A DNA stretch of 32,000 nucleotides, taken from the NCBI GenBank assembly GCA_945865805.1, contig CAMBGJ010000004.1, positions 9,988 to 41,987 of the forward strand, given 5' to 3'. A program made the translations under genes and the position numbers. Numbering within the stretch: position 1 is the stretch's first letter; each line of letters starts with the position of its first letter. This document shows, piece after piece, positions 16,237 to 24,487 of this stretch. The notes beneath the pieces were generated by a model. It saw only the letters and a list, made by a program, of their open reading frames with translations, did not search any database and had not been told where the DNA came from. This stretch comes from Bordetella parapertussis (GTDB taxonomy: Bacteria; Pseudomonadota; Gammaproteobacteria; Burkholderiales; SG8-41).

Positions 16237-17909
16237 TTTGGCATGAGCGCGAACGTCCACACGGAACTCCCCCCAGGCACCCTGGTGGCCGCCTGGCCGC
16301 GCGGCAGGCTGCCGCCGAGTCCCACTGCAACGCTGACATATTGCACGCCTTTGTGGGTGTAGGTGATGGGCGGCGAGTTGATGCTGGAACTGGTTTTGAA
16401 CTGCCACAGTTGCTTGCCGGTTTCTTCGTCGAGCGCGGCGAATTCGCCGGTGGGCTTGCCGGTAAACACCAGGCCGCCGTCGGTCACCAGCAGGCTGGAT
16501 GAGTTGGCGATGTCGGTGACCGGAATTTTCCACTTGAACTTGCCGGTGACGACATCCATCGCCTCGTGATAACCCACCACATCGCCCGGTTTGATCACGG
16601 GCGCGCGGCCACGCGTGGCCGTGTTGGGTTCACCCAGCTTCTGAAATTTATACGGCACGAATTGCTGAATGCGCGGCAGGTCCCAGGTGTTGAGATAGGC
16701 AAGGTTGTTCTTCGGGTTGAACGCAAACATGATGGCATTGGTGCCGCGCTGCGGATAGACCTCGACTTCTTCGCCCTTGCGCAGACGGTCGCCCACGTCG
16801 GTGACCACCGGGCGGCCGGTTTTCAGATCAATATGCGTGGCCCAGTTGATGCGCGTCATGGCATGCGCGGCGATCAGTTTTCCGTTGGTGCGGTCAATCA
16901 CGTAGAAGTAACCGTTCTTGTTGCCGTTCATCACCACCTTGCGCATTTGCCCGTCGATGCGCAACTCGGCCAGCACCAGCTCGTTGGTGGCATCCACGTC
17001 ATACAGGTCGTTCGGCGTGTATTGGTAATGCCAGACTATCTCGCCGGTTTTCGGGCGTATCGCCACCACGCAATTGGTATAGAGCGCGTCGCCCTCGCCG
17101 CGATACTTCGGATCATACGGCCCGGCGTTGCCCACGCCCCAGTAAACGAGATCGAGTTCGGGATCATACGAACCGTTTTGCCACGTAGATGCGCCGCCGA
17201 TCTTCCATGCGTCGGGGATCGAATCCGCCGTCTTCGGCCAGGTGTCGTGCCCCGGCTCGCCCGGTGCCGGGATCATGTGCTTGCGCCACAACTCGTTGCC
17301 GGTTTCGGGATCCCAGCCAATGAGAAAACCGCGCGTGGCATGTTCGCCGCCGCTGGTGCCGGTGATCATCACGCCGTTGGCGATCAAGGGCGCTGATACG
17401 CCCTTGTAGCCTTCAAGATGATTGGCAAAAGGCTTTTTCCACAGTTGCTTGCCGGTCTTCATGTCGAGTGCGACGAGGTGTGCGTCGAGCGTCAGGCGAT
17501 ACAGCTTGCCGTTGTAGAGCGTCGGCGCGCCGCGATAAATCGCACCCGAGGTCGAAATCCGCAGCACCGCACGGTCATACTCCACCGCCGTGCGCCAGAT
17601 TTGATGGCCGGTGGCCACATCGAGCGCGAATGTCCAGTGCCCATTGGTCACATACATCACACCGTTGTAAATCACAGGCTGCGCCAGCTCACCAGTTTCG
17701 CTCATGGTGCTGGTGCTCCACAGCGGCACCAGACGCCGCACGTTGGCTTTGGTGATCTGCTTTAACGGGCTGTACATCTGCAACTTGGGGTTTTGCCCGA
17801 AGCTCAATACGTTCTCGGGATTTTTCCCGTCGTTGAGCAATTCCTCGTACGTTTGCGCGCCTGCCAGTGCAGGCGCAATCAACAGCAGTGCTGCCAGAAA
17901 TTTTTTCAC
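16233..17909 (-). CDS. PQQ-dependent dehydrogenase, methanol/ethanol (type I quinoprotein ADH) family, lacking the vicinal Cys-Cys
   Basis: It has a signal peptide (MKKFLAALLLIAPALAGA) and eight-bladed propeller W-motifs (LVALDMKTGKQLWK, ALDEETGKQLWQF). Only one Cys is present in the whole protein. The start is GTG at 17909. Confidence 0.85.
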   Translation of the reverse strand: MKKFLAALLLIAPALAGAQTYEELLNDGKNPENVLSFGQNPKLQMYSPLKQITKANVRRLVPLWSTSTMSETGELAQPVIYNGVMYVTNGHWTFALDVATGHQIWRTAVEYDRAVLRISTSGAIYRGAPTLYNGKLYRLTLDAHLVALDMKTGKQLWKKPFANHLEGYKGVSAPLIANGVMITGTSGGEHATRGFLIGWDPETGNELWRKHMIPAPGEPGHDTWPKTADSIPDAWKIGGASTWQNGSYDPELDLVYWGVGNAGPYDPKYRGEGDALYTNCVVAIRPKTGEIVWHYQYTPNDLYDVDATNELVLAELRIDGQMRKVVMNGNKNGYFYVIDRTNGKLIAAHAMTRINWATHIDLKTGRPVVTDVGDRLRKGEEVEVYPQRGTNAIMFAFNPKNNLAYLNTWDLPRIQQFVPYKFQKLGEPNTATRGRAPVIKPGDVVGYHEAMDVVTGKFKWKIPVTDIANSSSLLVTDGGLVFTGKPTGEFAALDEETGKQLWQFKTSSSINSPPITYTHKGVQYVSVAVGLGGSLPRGQAATRVPGGSSVWTFALMPN

Positions 17910-17970
17910 TTGTACATCCCCTGGGTAATCTACCGGTGGTTATATGATTGAATGACCTGTGCCGCGCCGA

Positions 17971-18009
17971 AACTGTAACTATTTGTTTTATAGGGATATT
18001 TTATTATTC
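17971..18009 (-). promoter_or_regulatory. Copy of the recurrent AT-rich motif about 60 nt upstream of the PQQ-dehydrogenase start
   Basis: The plus strand reads aactgtaactatttgttttatagggatattttattattc. The reverse complement contains ataaaacaaatagttac. Confidence 0.5.
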
Positions 18010-18056
18010 TGGTTGCGCCAGCGAAGTGAAAGGGTAGCACGGTTGAATGTGACGGT

Positions 18057-19193
18057 TCAATTGGATTCACCCGATTTAATCCTTTCGTCCTCTGCTGCCA
18101 TCGGCAGCGCCACCGCCGCCTTGATGCGCGCCGATAAATCATAGGCCTTCGCCAGCATCAGCCGGTGATGCCCCTCAGCAGCGGTGGCATGCACGGTGGG
18201 CACGCCCATCGACAGGCGCATCAACCACGCCTGGGTTTCTTCAGCCATCGGCCCACGTAACGCGCCCAGCGCCATGTCGCCTGCGGGCGTGCTGCCGACA
18301 AAATCCACCAGCCTGCTGCTGTCGGCGACGTAGCCCATGCCCTGCGGCTCGGATACGGCCATGACAAAATCGCGATGACTGTCGTCGATGGTCATCACGC
18401 CGGTGGTGCCAACCACGCCAACTTCCAGCCCATACACCGCGCCCGGCCAGTTCACCGGCAGTGCCCAGTTGACCACGCTGTTGTAGAGCGTGCCATCGCT
18501 AAATACCATGGTGCCGACGGTGGCGTCGGTGCCGCCGTATTGTTTGCCGAGCGCTTTATCTACCGACCGTGCGTAAATCTCGACGGGCGTTTTGCCTTCC
18601 ATCATCTACATCACGATGTCGAGGGCATGCGTGCCGGAAATCACCATCGGTGAATTGAGTTCCGGCGCGCTCTCGCGCTGGTAGTTGTTCACCGCAACCA
18701 TGCGATTCAGGAATGCCCGCGAACTGACGGTGGTGACATCGCCCAGCGCGCCGTTCGCCACTTTGTCCTTGGCCACCAGCCAACGGCGGCGAAAGCGCTG
18801 GGTGTAGCCGATCAGCGCATCCACGCCCGCCTGCTGGATTAAGCCGAGCACTTTTTCCGATTCGGCGAGCTGATTGGAAATCGGTTTCTCGATCAGCAGT
18901 GCAAGTTTATTGGGGTTTTCCAGCGCCACCAGCGTGGGGTCGGCATGCAGATGGCCTACAGTGGAAATCAGCGCCGCTGTCACCTCCGGGCGCTGCAACA
19001 GCTCGCGGTAATCGCGTGTGACAAAATCCGCGCCGATTTGTTGCGCCACCAGCCGTCCGCGTTCCGGGTTGATCTCGGCGATGCCGATCCAATCCACCGC
19101 CGGAAAGCGCGCGGCGATTTCACCGCGCATCAAACCGACGCGGCCCGCGCCGACGATAGCCAAGCCGATACGCTGGGGATTTTTCTGTGTCAT
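18057..19193 (-). pseudogene. Gfo/Idh/MocA-family NAD(P)-dependent oxidoreductase interrupted by an in-frame TAG (18606-18608)
   Basis: ORFs 18606-19286 and 18057-18605 are in the same frame, separated only by TAG. The N-terminal part has IGLAIVGAGRVG and LIEKP. The junction reads GTHALDIVM-stop-MMEGKTPVEIYA, inside the family H-x-x-D-x-x-x-(W) region. The probable start is ATG 19193. Confidence 0.8.
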
Positions 19194-19233
19194 GTGCCAC
19201 GCCTTGCGTTGCGTTTTTCTGGAGGGCGATTGT

Positions 19234-19269
19234 GCCACGCGCCGCGAGCTTGCCATGCGCCGCGAGCTT
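19234..19269. repeat. 18-bp tandem duplication GCCA(C/T)GCGCCGCGAGCTT x2 in the leader of the Gfo pseudogene
   Basis: Units 19234-19251 and 19252-19269 differ at one position. Confidence 0.85.
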
Positions 19270-19288
19270 GCAACGAGCACGACCACAT

Positions 19289-19323
19289 AATCGTAAGCAT
19301 TTGTTTTTATTGAATTATTTTAG
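19289..19323 (-). promoter_or_regulatory. Copy of the recurrent AT-rich motif in the divergent Gfo / Bug intergenic region
   Basis: The plus strand reads aatcgtaagcatttgtttttattgaattattttag. The reverse complement reads ctaaaataattcaataaaaacaaatgcttacgatt. Confidence 0.6.
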
Positions 19324-19364
19324 ATCGCCCTGGGTCGCCATAGGTCGCTTGCACCACCACCGCA

Positions 19365-20372
19365 ATGTTATATTCGCATGCTTTCATTCACCGCAATGGC
19401 CTTGAACCCGTGAACCTCATCTATCCCGCAACCGCCGCGCTGCTGTTTGCCACGCTGGCCTCGGCGCAACCGCAGTGGTCGCCCACGCGCCCGGTGCGCC
19501 TGATCGCGCCGTTTCCGCCCGGCGGCGCGGTGGATGTGATTGGCCGCATTGTCGCCTCGCGCCTGCCCGAGCGCTTGGGCCAGCAAGTGGTTGTTGATAA
19601 TCGCGGCGGTGCCAATGCCATCATCGGCACCGAAATTGCCGCCCGTGCCGCACCCGACGGCCACACGCTGTTGATCGTGCCGGTGGGCCATTCGATCACG
19701 CCCTCGGTGGCGCGCAAGTTGCCGTACGACACGCTGAAGGACTTCGCCGCCGTCGGCCAGATCGGCAACGGCGCTTATGTGCTGGTGGTCAACCCTACCG
19801 TGCCCGCGAAGTCGGTGAACGAATTCGTGGCGCTGGCGAAATCACGGCCCGGCCAGTTGAGTTATGCGTTCACCGGCCACGGTAACGCCACGCATCTGGC
19901 GGGCGAACTGTTCAAGGCGCTTTCCGGCACTGACCTGCTGCCGGTCAACTACAAGGGCGGCGGCCCCGCGCTGACGGATTTGCTCGGCGGGCAGGTGAAC
20001 GCGTTTTTCTCCGGCGTGGCCTCGGGCGCGACGCAGATCAAGGCAGGCAAACTGCGCGCGCTGGGCGTCACCACGCTACGCCGCAGCGGCGCCCTGCCCG
20101 ACGTGCCCACCATCGCCGAATCCGGTGTGCCCGGTTACGAAGTCGATGGCTGGTACGGGTTCCTCGCCCCGGCGGCAACGCCGACCGCAGCGATCCGGCG
20201 GATTAACAGCGAACTGTCGGCGCTGCTGGCGACGCCCGAGATGAAGGAGCGCCTGCTCGGCGCGGGCATCGACGCGCGCGCCTCCACACCAGCAGAATTT
20301 CACGAACGCATCACGCGTGACATTACCCGCTGGGCCGAGGTGGTCAAGAAAGCGAAAATCGCGGTAGAGTGA
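19365..20372 (+). CDS. Bug-family (TctC-like) substrate-binding protein
   Basis: The signal-like segment ATAALLFATLASA is followed by PTRPVRLIAPFPPGGAVD. The start is uncertain (ATG 19365 or GTG 19410). Confidence 0.88.
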   Translation: MLYSHAFIHRNGLEPVNLIYPATAALLFATLASAQPQWSPTRPVRLIAPFPPGGAVDVIGRIVASRLPERLGQQVVVDNRGGANAIIGTEIAARAAPDGHTLLIVPVGHSITPSVARKLPYDTLKDFAAVGQIGNGAYVLVVNPTVPAKSVNEFVALAKSRPGQLSYAFTGHGNATHLAGELFKALSGTDLLPVNYKGGGPALTDLLGGQVNAFFSGVASGATQIKAGKLRALGVTTLRRSGALPDVPTIAESGVPGYEVDGWYGFLAPAATPTAAIRRINSELSALLATPEMKERLLGAGIDARASTPAEFHERITRDITRWAEVVKKAKIAVE

Positions 20373-20408
20373 CGAAGCACAACTTCAACATCCCCAGGGA
20401 GAATCGCC

Positions 20409-21503
20409 ATGATGTTCACCTGCTCGGCCCACGCACCATCAAGTGCAGCGGCTACCAAAGCCGCCAGCCGCAAAATCATCAAAAAAAGCGGCAAGAAAAG
20501 TTTCGCCGTCGATCTGCATTGCCACGTGCACGTACCCGAAGCCGATGCCATCGCCAAACAAACCGCGATGCCGGCGCGTGATCCCCTGATACAACACGGC
20601 AGCCAGCGCAGCGCCGACCGCCAGAAAGAACAGTGGCAGCAAATCCACCACAAAGCCACCTCGACCGAAGCGCGGCTTTCCGAGATGAACAAGATGGGCA
20701 TCGACGTGCAGGCGATTTCCACCTCGCCGAGTCACTACAACTACCGCATCGAACCGGAGCTGAATCGTCAGGCATCTCGCGTGGTGAACGAGCGGCTGGC
20801 GGAAATTGTCGCCTCGCACCCAGACCGTTTCGTGGCGCTGGGCACGGTGCCGATGCAGGATCCGAAAATGGCCGTGGCAGAGCTTGAGAATTGCATGAAA
20901 AAGCTCGGCTTTCGCGGGCTGGAGCTTGGCACCAATGTCGGTAAAACAGAAATCGCCGATCCGAAATACGAAAAATTCTGGGCCAAAGCGCAGGACCTAG
21001 GCGCGGTGATTTTTCTGCATCCGAGCGGCTTTACCGACACCAGCCGCATGAAAGAACACTTTCTCACCAACGTCATCGGCAACCCGCTCGACACCACGAT
21101 GGCCATCGCGCATATCGTCTACGGCGGCATTCTTGAGCGTTACCCGAAACTCAAAATCGTTGCCGCGCACGGCGGTGGCTACATGGGGCACTACCCCGCG
21201 CGCATGGATCACGCCTACCGCGTGCGCCCCGAATGCCACGACCACATCACGCGCCCGCCCAGTTACTACATGAAAAAGATTTACTACGACACCATGGTGT
21301 TCGGCGAAGCGCAGTTGGAGCATCTGGTCAAACTGTGGGGCGAAAGCCACGTCGTCATCGGCACTGATTACCCCTACGATATGGGCTACTACAAGCCGGT
21401 GGATTTCATTGAGCGCACGAAGTCGCTGACGCGCAAACAAAAAGACGCGATTCTCGGCGGCAATGCGGCGAAGTTGCTGGGGTTGAAGGTGCCGAAGCGG
21501 TAA
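20409..21503 (+). CDS. Amidohydrolase_2 family metal-dependent hydrolase/decarboxylase (ACMSD / LigW / gamma-resorcylate decarboxylase-like)
   Basis: FAVDLHCHVHVP is the HxH metal motif, with IFLHP, AAHGGG and VIGTDYPYD as later ligands. There is a basic ~30-aa N-terminal extension. Confidence 0.8.
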   Translation: MMFTCSAHAPSSAAATKAASRKIIKKSGKKSFAVDLHCHVHVPEADAIAKQTAMPARDPLIQHGSQRSADRQKEQWQQIHHKATSTEARLSEMNKMGIDVQAISTSPSHYNYRIEPELNRQASRVVNERLAEIVASHPDRFVALGTVPMQDPKMAVAELENCMKKLGFRGLELGTNVGKTEIADPKYEKFWAKAQDLGAVIFLHPSGFTDTSRMKEHFLTNVIGNPLDTTMAIAHIVYGGILERYPKLKIVAAHGGGYMGHYPARMDHAYRVRPECHDHITRPPSYYMKKIYYDTMVFGEAQLEHLVKLWGESHVVIGTDYPYDMGYYKPVDFIERTKSLTRKQKDAILGGNAAKLLGLKVPKR

Positions 21504-21518
21504 CGGCGCTGCGACAGG

Positions 21519-22481
21519 TCAATCCAACGGCACGTTGGCCTCTTTAACCAGCCTGCGCCACAGCACCAGATCGTTGCGGCTGATCGCCGCCAGTTCCTCG
21601 GGCGTCGAACCTTCGATGGCGTAACCAAACGAGAGAAATTTCTCGCGCACGTCGGCACGGCCTAGCGCCGTGTTGACCTCTTTGTTCAGGCGGGTAACGA
21701 GTTCGCCGGGCAATTTTGCCGGTGCGAACACGCCGGCCCAATGCCGCACCGTCACCTGTGGAACGCCGGCTTCGTCGATGGTCGGTACGTCGGGCAGCAG
21801 CGGAGAACGATTTTTCAGTAACACCGCCAGCGCGCGCAAGCGGCCCTCCTTGTGCAGCCCAATCGCGGTGCCGGAACTGTTGATGGAGGAATGCAAACGC
21901 GCGGAGAGCAGATCCGGCGTCACCGGCCCCTCGCCCTTGTACGGCACGTGCAACACCTCCGTGCCGGTGGCGCGCGCGAACTGGATGTACTGAAAACCCG
22001 ACAGCGGATTGGGAATGCCGCAATTCATCTTGCCCGGATTGGCCTTGGCGTGGGCGATAAATTCGCCCAGGGTTTTTGCCGGCACGCTGGGATGTATGTA
22101 AATAAACTGCGTGGCACGGCCCATCATCGACACCGGCGTGAAATCCCGCGCGGGATCATAAGGCGGTGTCTTGCGCAGCACCACTGCGGCCGTCATCGCG
22201 TTGACCGACCCGAACAGCAGCGTATGGCCATCCGCCGGCGCACGCAGGGCGATTTCCGCCGAGAGTGCACCGTCGGCACCGGGGGGATTGTCGACAATCA
22301 CCGGCTGGCGCATTTGTTCCGATAGCGCGGCGCTCACAATACGGGTAGCGGGATCCGCCGAGCCGCCCGGCGGAAAGCCGATGATAAAACGTATGGGCCG
22401 ACTGGGGTATTGCGCGAGTGCCGCGCTGGCAGCCAAAATCGTGCAGGCAACGACAACTACCGATGTGAATTTTTTGCGCAT
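21519..22481 (-). CDS. Bug-family (TctC-like) substrate-binding protein
   Basis: The internal ATG at 22481 gives MRKKFTSVVVVACTILAASAALA, followed by YPSRPIRFIIGFPPGGSAD. The 81-codon upstream extension of ORF 21519-22724 has no family similarity. Confidence 0.9.
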   Translation of the reverse strand: MRKKFTSVVVVACTILAASAALAQYPSRPIRFIIGFPPGGSADPATRIVSAALSEQMRQPVIVDNPPGADGALSAEIALRAPADGHTLLFGSVNAMTAAVVLRKTPPYDPARDFTPVSMMGRATQFIYIHPSVPAKTLGEFIAHAKANPGKMNCGIPNPLSGFQYIQFARATGTEVLHVPYKGEGPVTPDLLSARLHSSINSSGTAIGLHKEGRLRALAVLLKNRSPLLPDVPTIDEAGVPQVTVRHWAGVFAPAKLPGELVTRLNKEVNTALGRADVREKFLSFGYAIEGSTPEELAAISRNDLVLWRRLVKEANVPLD

Positions 22482-22852
22482 AGCCTGTAAGGTTTTTTTG
22501 GCGTTGCTATTGATCAGCCGCAAATGTATCGCCAAGCGTCGCGGCCAGTCAACCGTGCTTGCCAGCGGCCGGGACGCGAATTCTTCCTCCGTATCGGGCC
22601 AATGAGTTCGCTGAAAGCTATTCATTGCTTTGGATAAATAGGGATGTCGTATTGGCGCGCTGGCGGACAGGATTGACACTGTGTCAGGCGAGCGATAGAG
22701 TTCCTCTGACTCAATTTTGCTCACGAATGGCGTTGAAAATAGCTATGCGTTTTCCTGCGCTGCTGGAACACGATGGCGTTCCTCCCCAAAATTCACGCGT
22801 TTACCGCAACGCCGGTAAAGCCGGGAGTATGCTGAATTAATCCAATCGTCTT

Positions 22853-23377
22853 ATGGTGAATCCCATGCCCGATACCGTGACACCGCGCTACTCCCCTCTC
22901 GCACCGCAGGACATGCTGGACGAGATATTTTTGAAGGATGCCCGCGAGCCGCAGGATGAGCGTCTTTGGGTGCCCTCCGGCCCCGGTCGCTGGAACAGGC
23001 CGTTGTGTCTTAACGTCAGCCAGGGCTATTGGGTTCACTTGACTAAAGTGACGCAGGCTGGCGTCGTATCGCGCCATCGCCATCCCGCGCCGGTTCACGG
23101 GTTTGTTCTGGAAGGTCGCTGGCGCTATCTCGAGCGTGATTGGGTCGCCACGGCAGGCAGCTATTTGTTCGAGCCGCCGGGCGATGTGCACACCTTGGTG
23201 GTGGACGAGGGTGACACCATGATCACGCTGTTCCACAACACCGGCGCGCTGCTCTATTGCGATGAGCAGGGCAAGACTATAGGCTCCACCGATGTGTTCG
23301 ACCGGGTCGCGGTGGCGCGCAAGCACTTCGAGTCCGTTGGCCTCGGTTCCGATTACGTGAAGCGGTTCATACGCTGA
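22853..23377 (+). CDS. Cupin-fold protein, ChrR-like / 2,4'-dihydroxyacetophenone dioxygenase-family candidate
   Basis: SRHRHPAPVHGFVLEGRWRY...FEPPGDVHTL has the cupin motifs with His ligands. The size (about 174 aa) fits that family. The family assignment is from memory and is only moderately certain. Confidence 0.65.
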   Translation: MVNPMPDTVTPRYSPLAPQDMLDEIFLKDAREPQDERLWVPSGPGRWNRPLCLNVSQGYWVHLTKVTQAGVVSRHRHPAPVHGFVLEGRWRYLERDWVATAGSYLFEPPGDVHTLVVDEGDTMITLFHNTGALLYCDEQGKTIGSTDVFDRVAVARKHFESVGLGSDYVKRFIR

Positions 23378-23400
23378 GTCTGGTATGCGATAAGGGTGTT

Positions 23401-23838
23401 TTACCAACGGCCAATATTTTTCATTGATGCCCAAGGCTCCTGAGGCGCAAGGCGCTCGCCTTTCTGCAAGAGCTCGATGGAAATATTGTCCGGTGTGCGG
23501 ATAAAGGCCATGTGCCCGTCGCGCGGAGGGCGGTTGATGGTGACGCCGTTATCCATCAGCGTGCGGCACAACGCGTAAATGTTGGCGACCTCGAAGGCGA
23601 GGTGGCCGAAATTGCGTCCACCCGCATAGTCCTCCGGGTCCCAGTTGTAGGTGAGCTCAAGCGTTGGCGCGCGCACCGATTTTGCGACGTCAACATCGTC
23701 CTTTGCCGCCAGATGCACATTGGTGTAGCGGCCCTTTTCGCTGTCGGTGCGGCGTACCACGCTCAGACCCAGCATTTCAAAGAACTTGAGTGATGCCTCA
23801 AGATTAGAAACCCGTACCATGGTGTGAAGATATCGCAT
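23401..23838 (-). CDS. gloA: Lactoylglutathione lyase (glyoxalase I)-like VOC protein
   Basis: MRYLHTMVRVSNLEASLKFFEMLGL...LELTYNW...FGHLAFEV...ISIELLQ is colinear with E. coli GloA. Confidence 0.8.
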   Translation of the reverse strand: MRYLHTMVRVSNLEASLKFFEMLGLSVVRRTDSEKGRYTNVHLAAKDDVDVAKSVRAPTLELTYNWDPEDYAGGRNFGHLAFEVANIYALCRTLMDNGVTINRPPRDGHMAFIRTPDNISIELLQKGERLAPQEPWASMKNIGRW

Positions 23839-24089
23839 GCCTGCTTCCTGATGCCATTGTTTGCGCTAGTTTAGCTATAGTGCCGCGCTTTCGCCAGCGT
23901 GTAAGGGCGGTTTTCCGATGCTCGAGACCCCCATCCCGTTGTTTGATTTTCGTGTCGTCAAATAGATCGTTCTTCGGCCAGTACGGCCTGATCACAGCTA
24001 AATAGGCGCGGTTGACTGAGCACTCGTCGCGGGCTAGATTGCTGGTCGGTAGAAAATACTCTTTAATTTCCCTTACGAGGTACTTACCC

Positions 24090-24482
24090 ATGACATCAAG
24101 CGACGCTCGACCTGTGCCCGGATTTGATCACCGGCCAGGTTTCCCCATGTCGTTTCACCCGGCCACAGAGCACATACGCGTGGTATTCGCGGGCACGACC
24201 ATCGCCGACGCGGCCCACGCCATGATCATGTTGGAGGACGGGCATGCGCCGGTCTACTACTTCGCGCGGGACGAGGTGCGGATGGACCTGCTCAGCCGCA
24301 CCACGCATTCCAGCCGTTGACCGCACAAGGGGATAGCCTCCTACTGGTCGCTCCGTGTGGGCGACGCGATTGCAGACAACGTGGCGTGGAGCTACGAACA
24401 GCCGCTGGCGCCGGTCGCCGACATCAAGGAATACATTGCGTTCTATCGCAACCAGGTCGAAATCTTGAGCGAGAAAAGCTGA
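24090..24482 (+). pseudogene. DUF427-domain protein with an in-frame TGA (24318-24320) at the position of the conserved Cys of the C-P-x-K-G motif
   Basis: ATG 24090 follows ACGAGG. The N-terminal part reads HIRVVFAGTTIADAAHAMIMLEDGHAPVYYFARDEVRMDLL. After the TGA the same frame continues PHKGIASYWSLRVGDAIADNVAWSYEQPLAPVADIKEYIAFYRNQV to the stop at 24480-24482. Confidence 0.75.
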
Positions 24483-24487
24483 GGTTT

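Noticed and set aside
16566-17396. A 276-aa plus-strand ORF inside the PQQ dehydrogenase region. Similar shadow ORFs lie at 2302-3039(-), 6539-7168(-), 7322-7954(-), 9849-10448(-) and 27880-28524(-).
   Set aside because: All are antisense or out of frame relative to genes with clear family signatures, and all have low-complexity Arg/Ala/His-rich translations.
22482-22724. An 81-codon N-terminal extension of the Bug ORF 21519-22724.
   Set aside because: A canonical signal peptide and the Bug signature begin at the internal ATG 22481. The extension has no similarity and covers the promoter-like region.
23804-24091. A 95-aa minus-strand ORF between gloA and the DUF427 gene.
   Set aside because: It overlaps the gloA 5' end and starts on top of the DUF427 start codon. 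It has no RBS and no recognisable domain, and probably reflects open frame in an AT-richer intergenic stretch.
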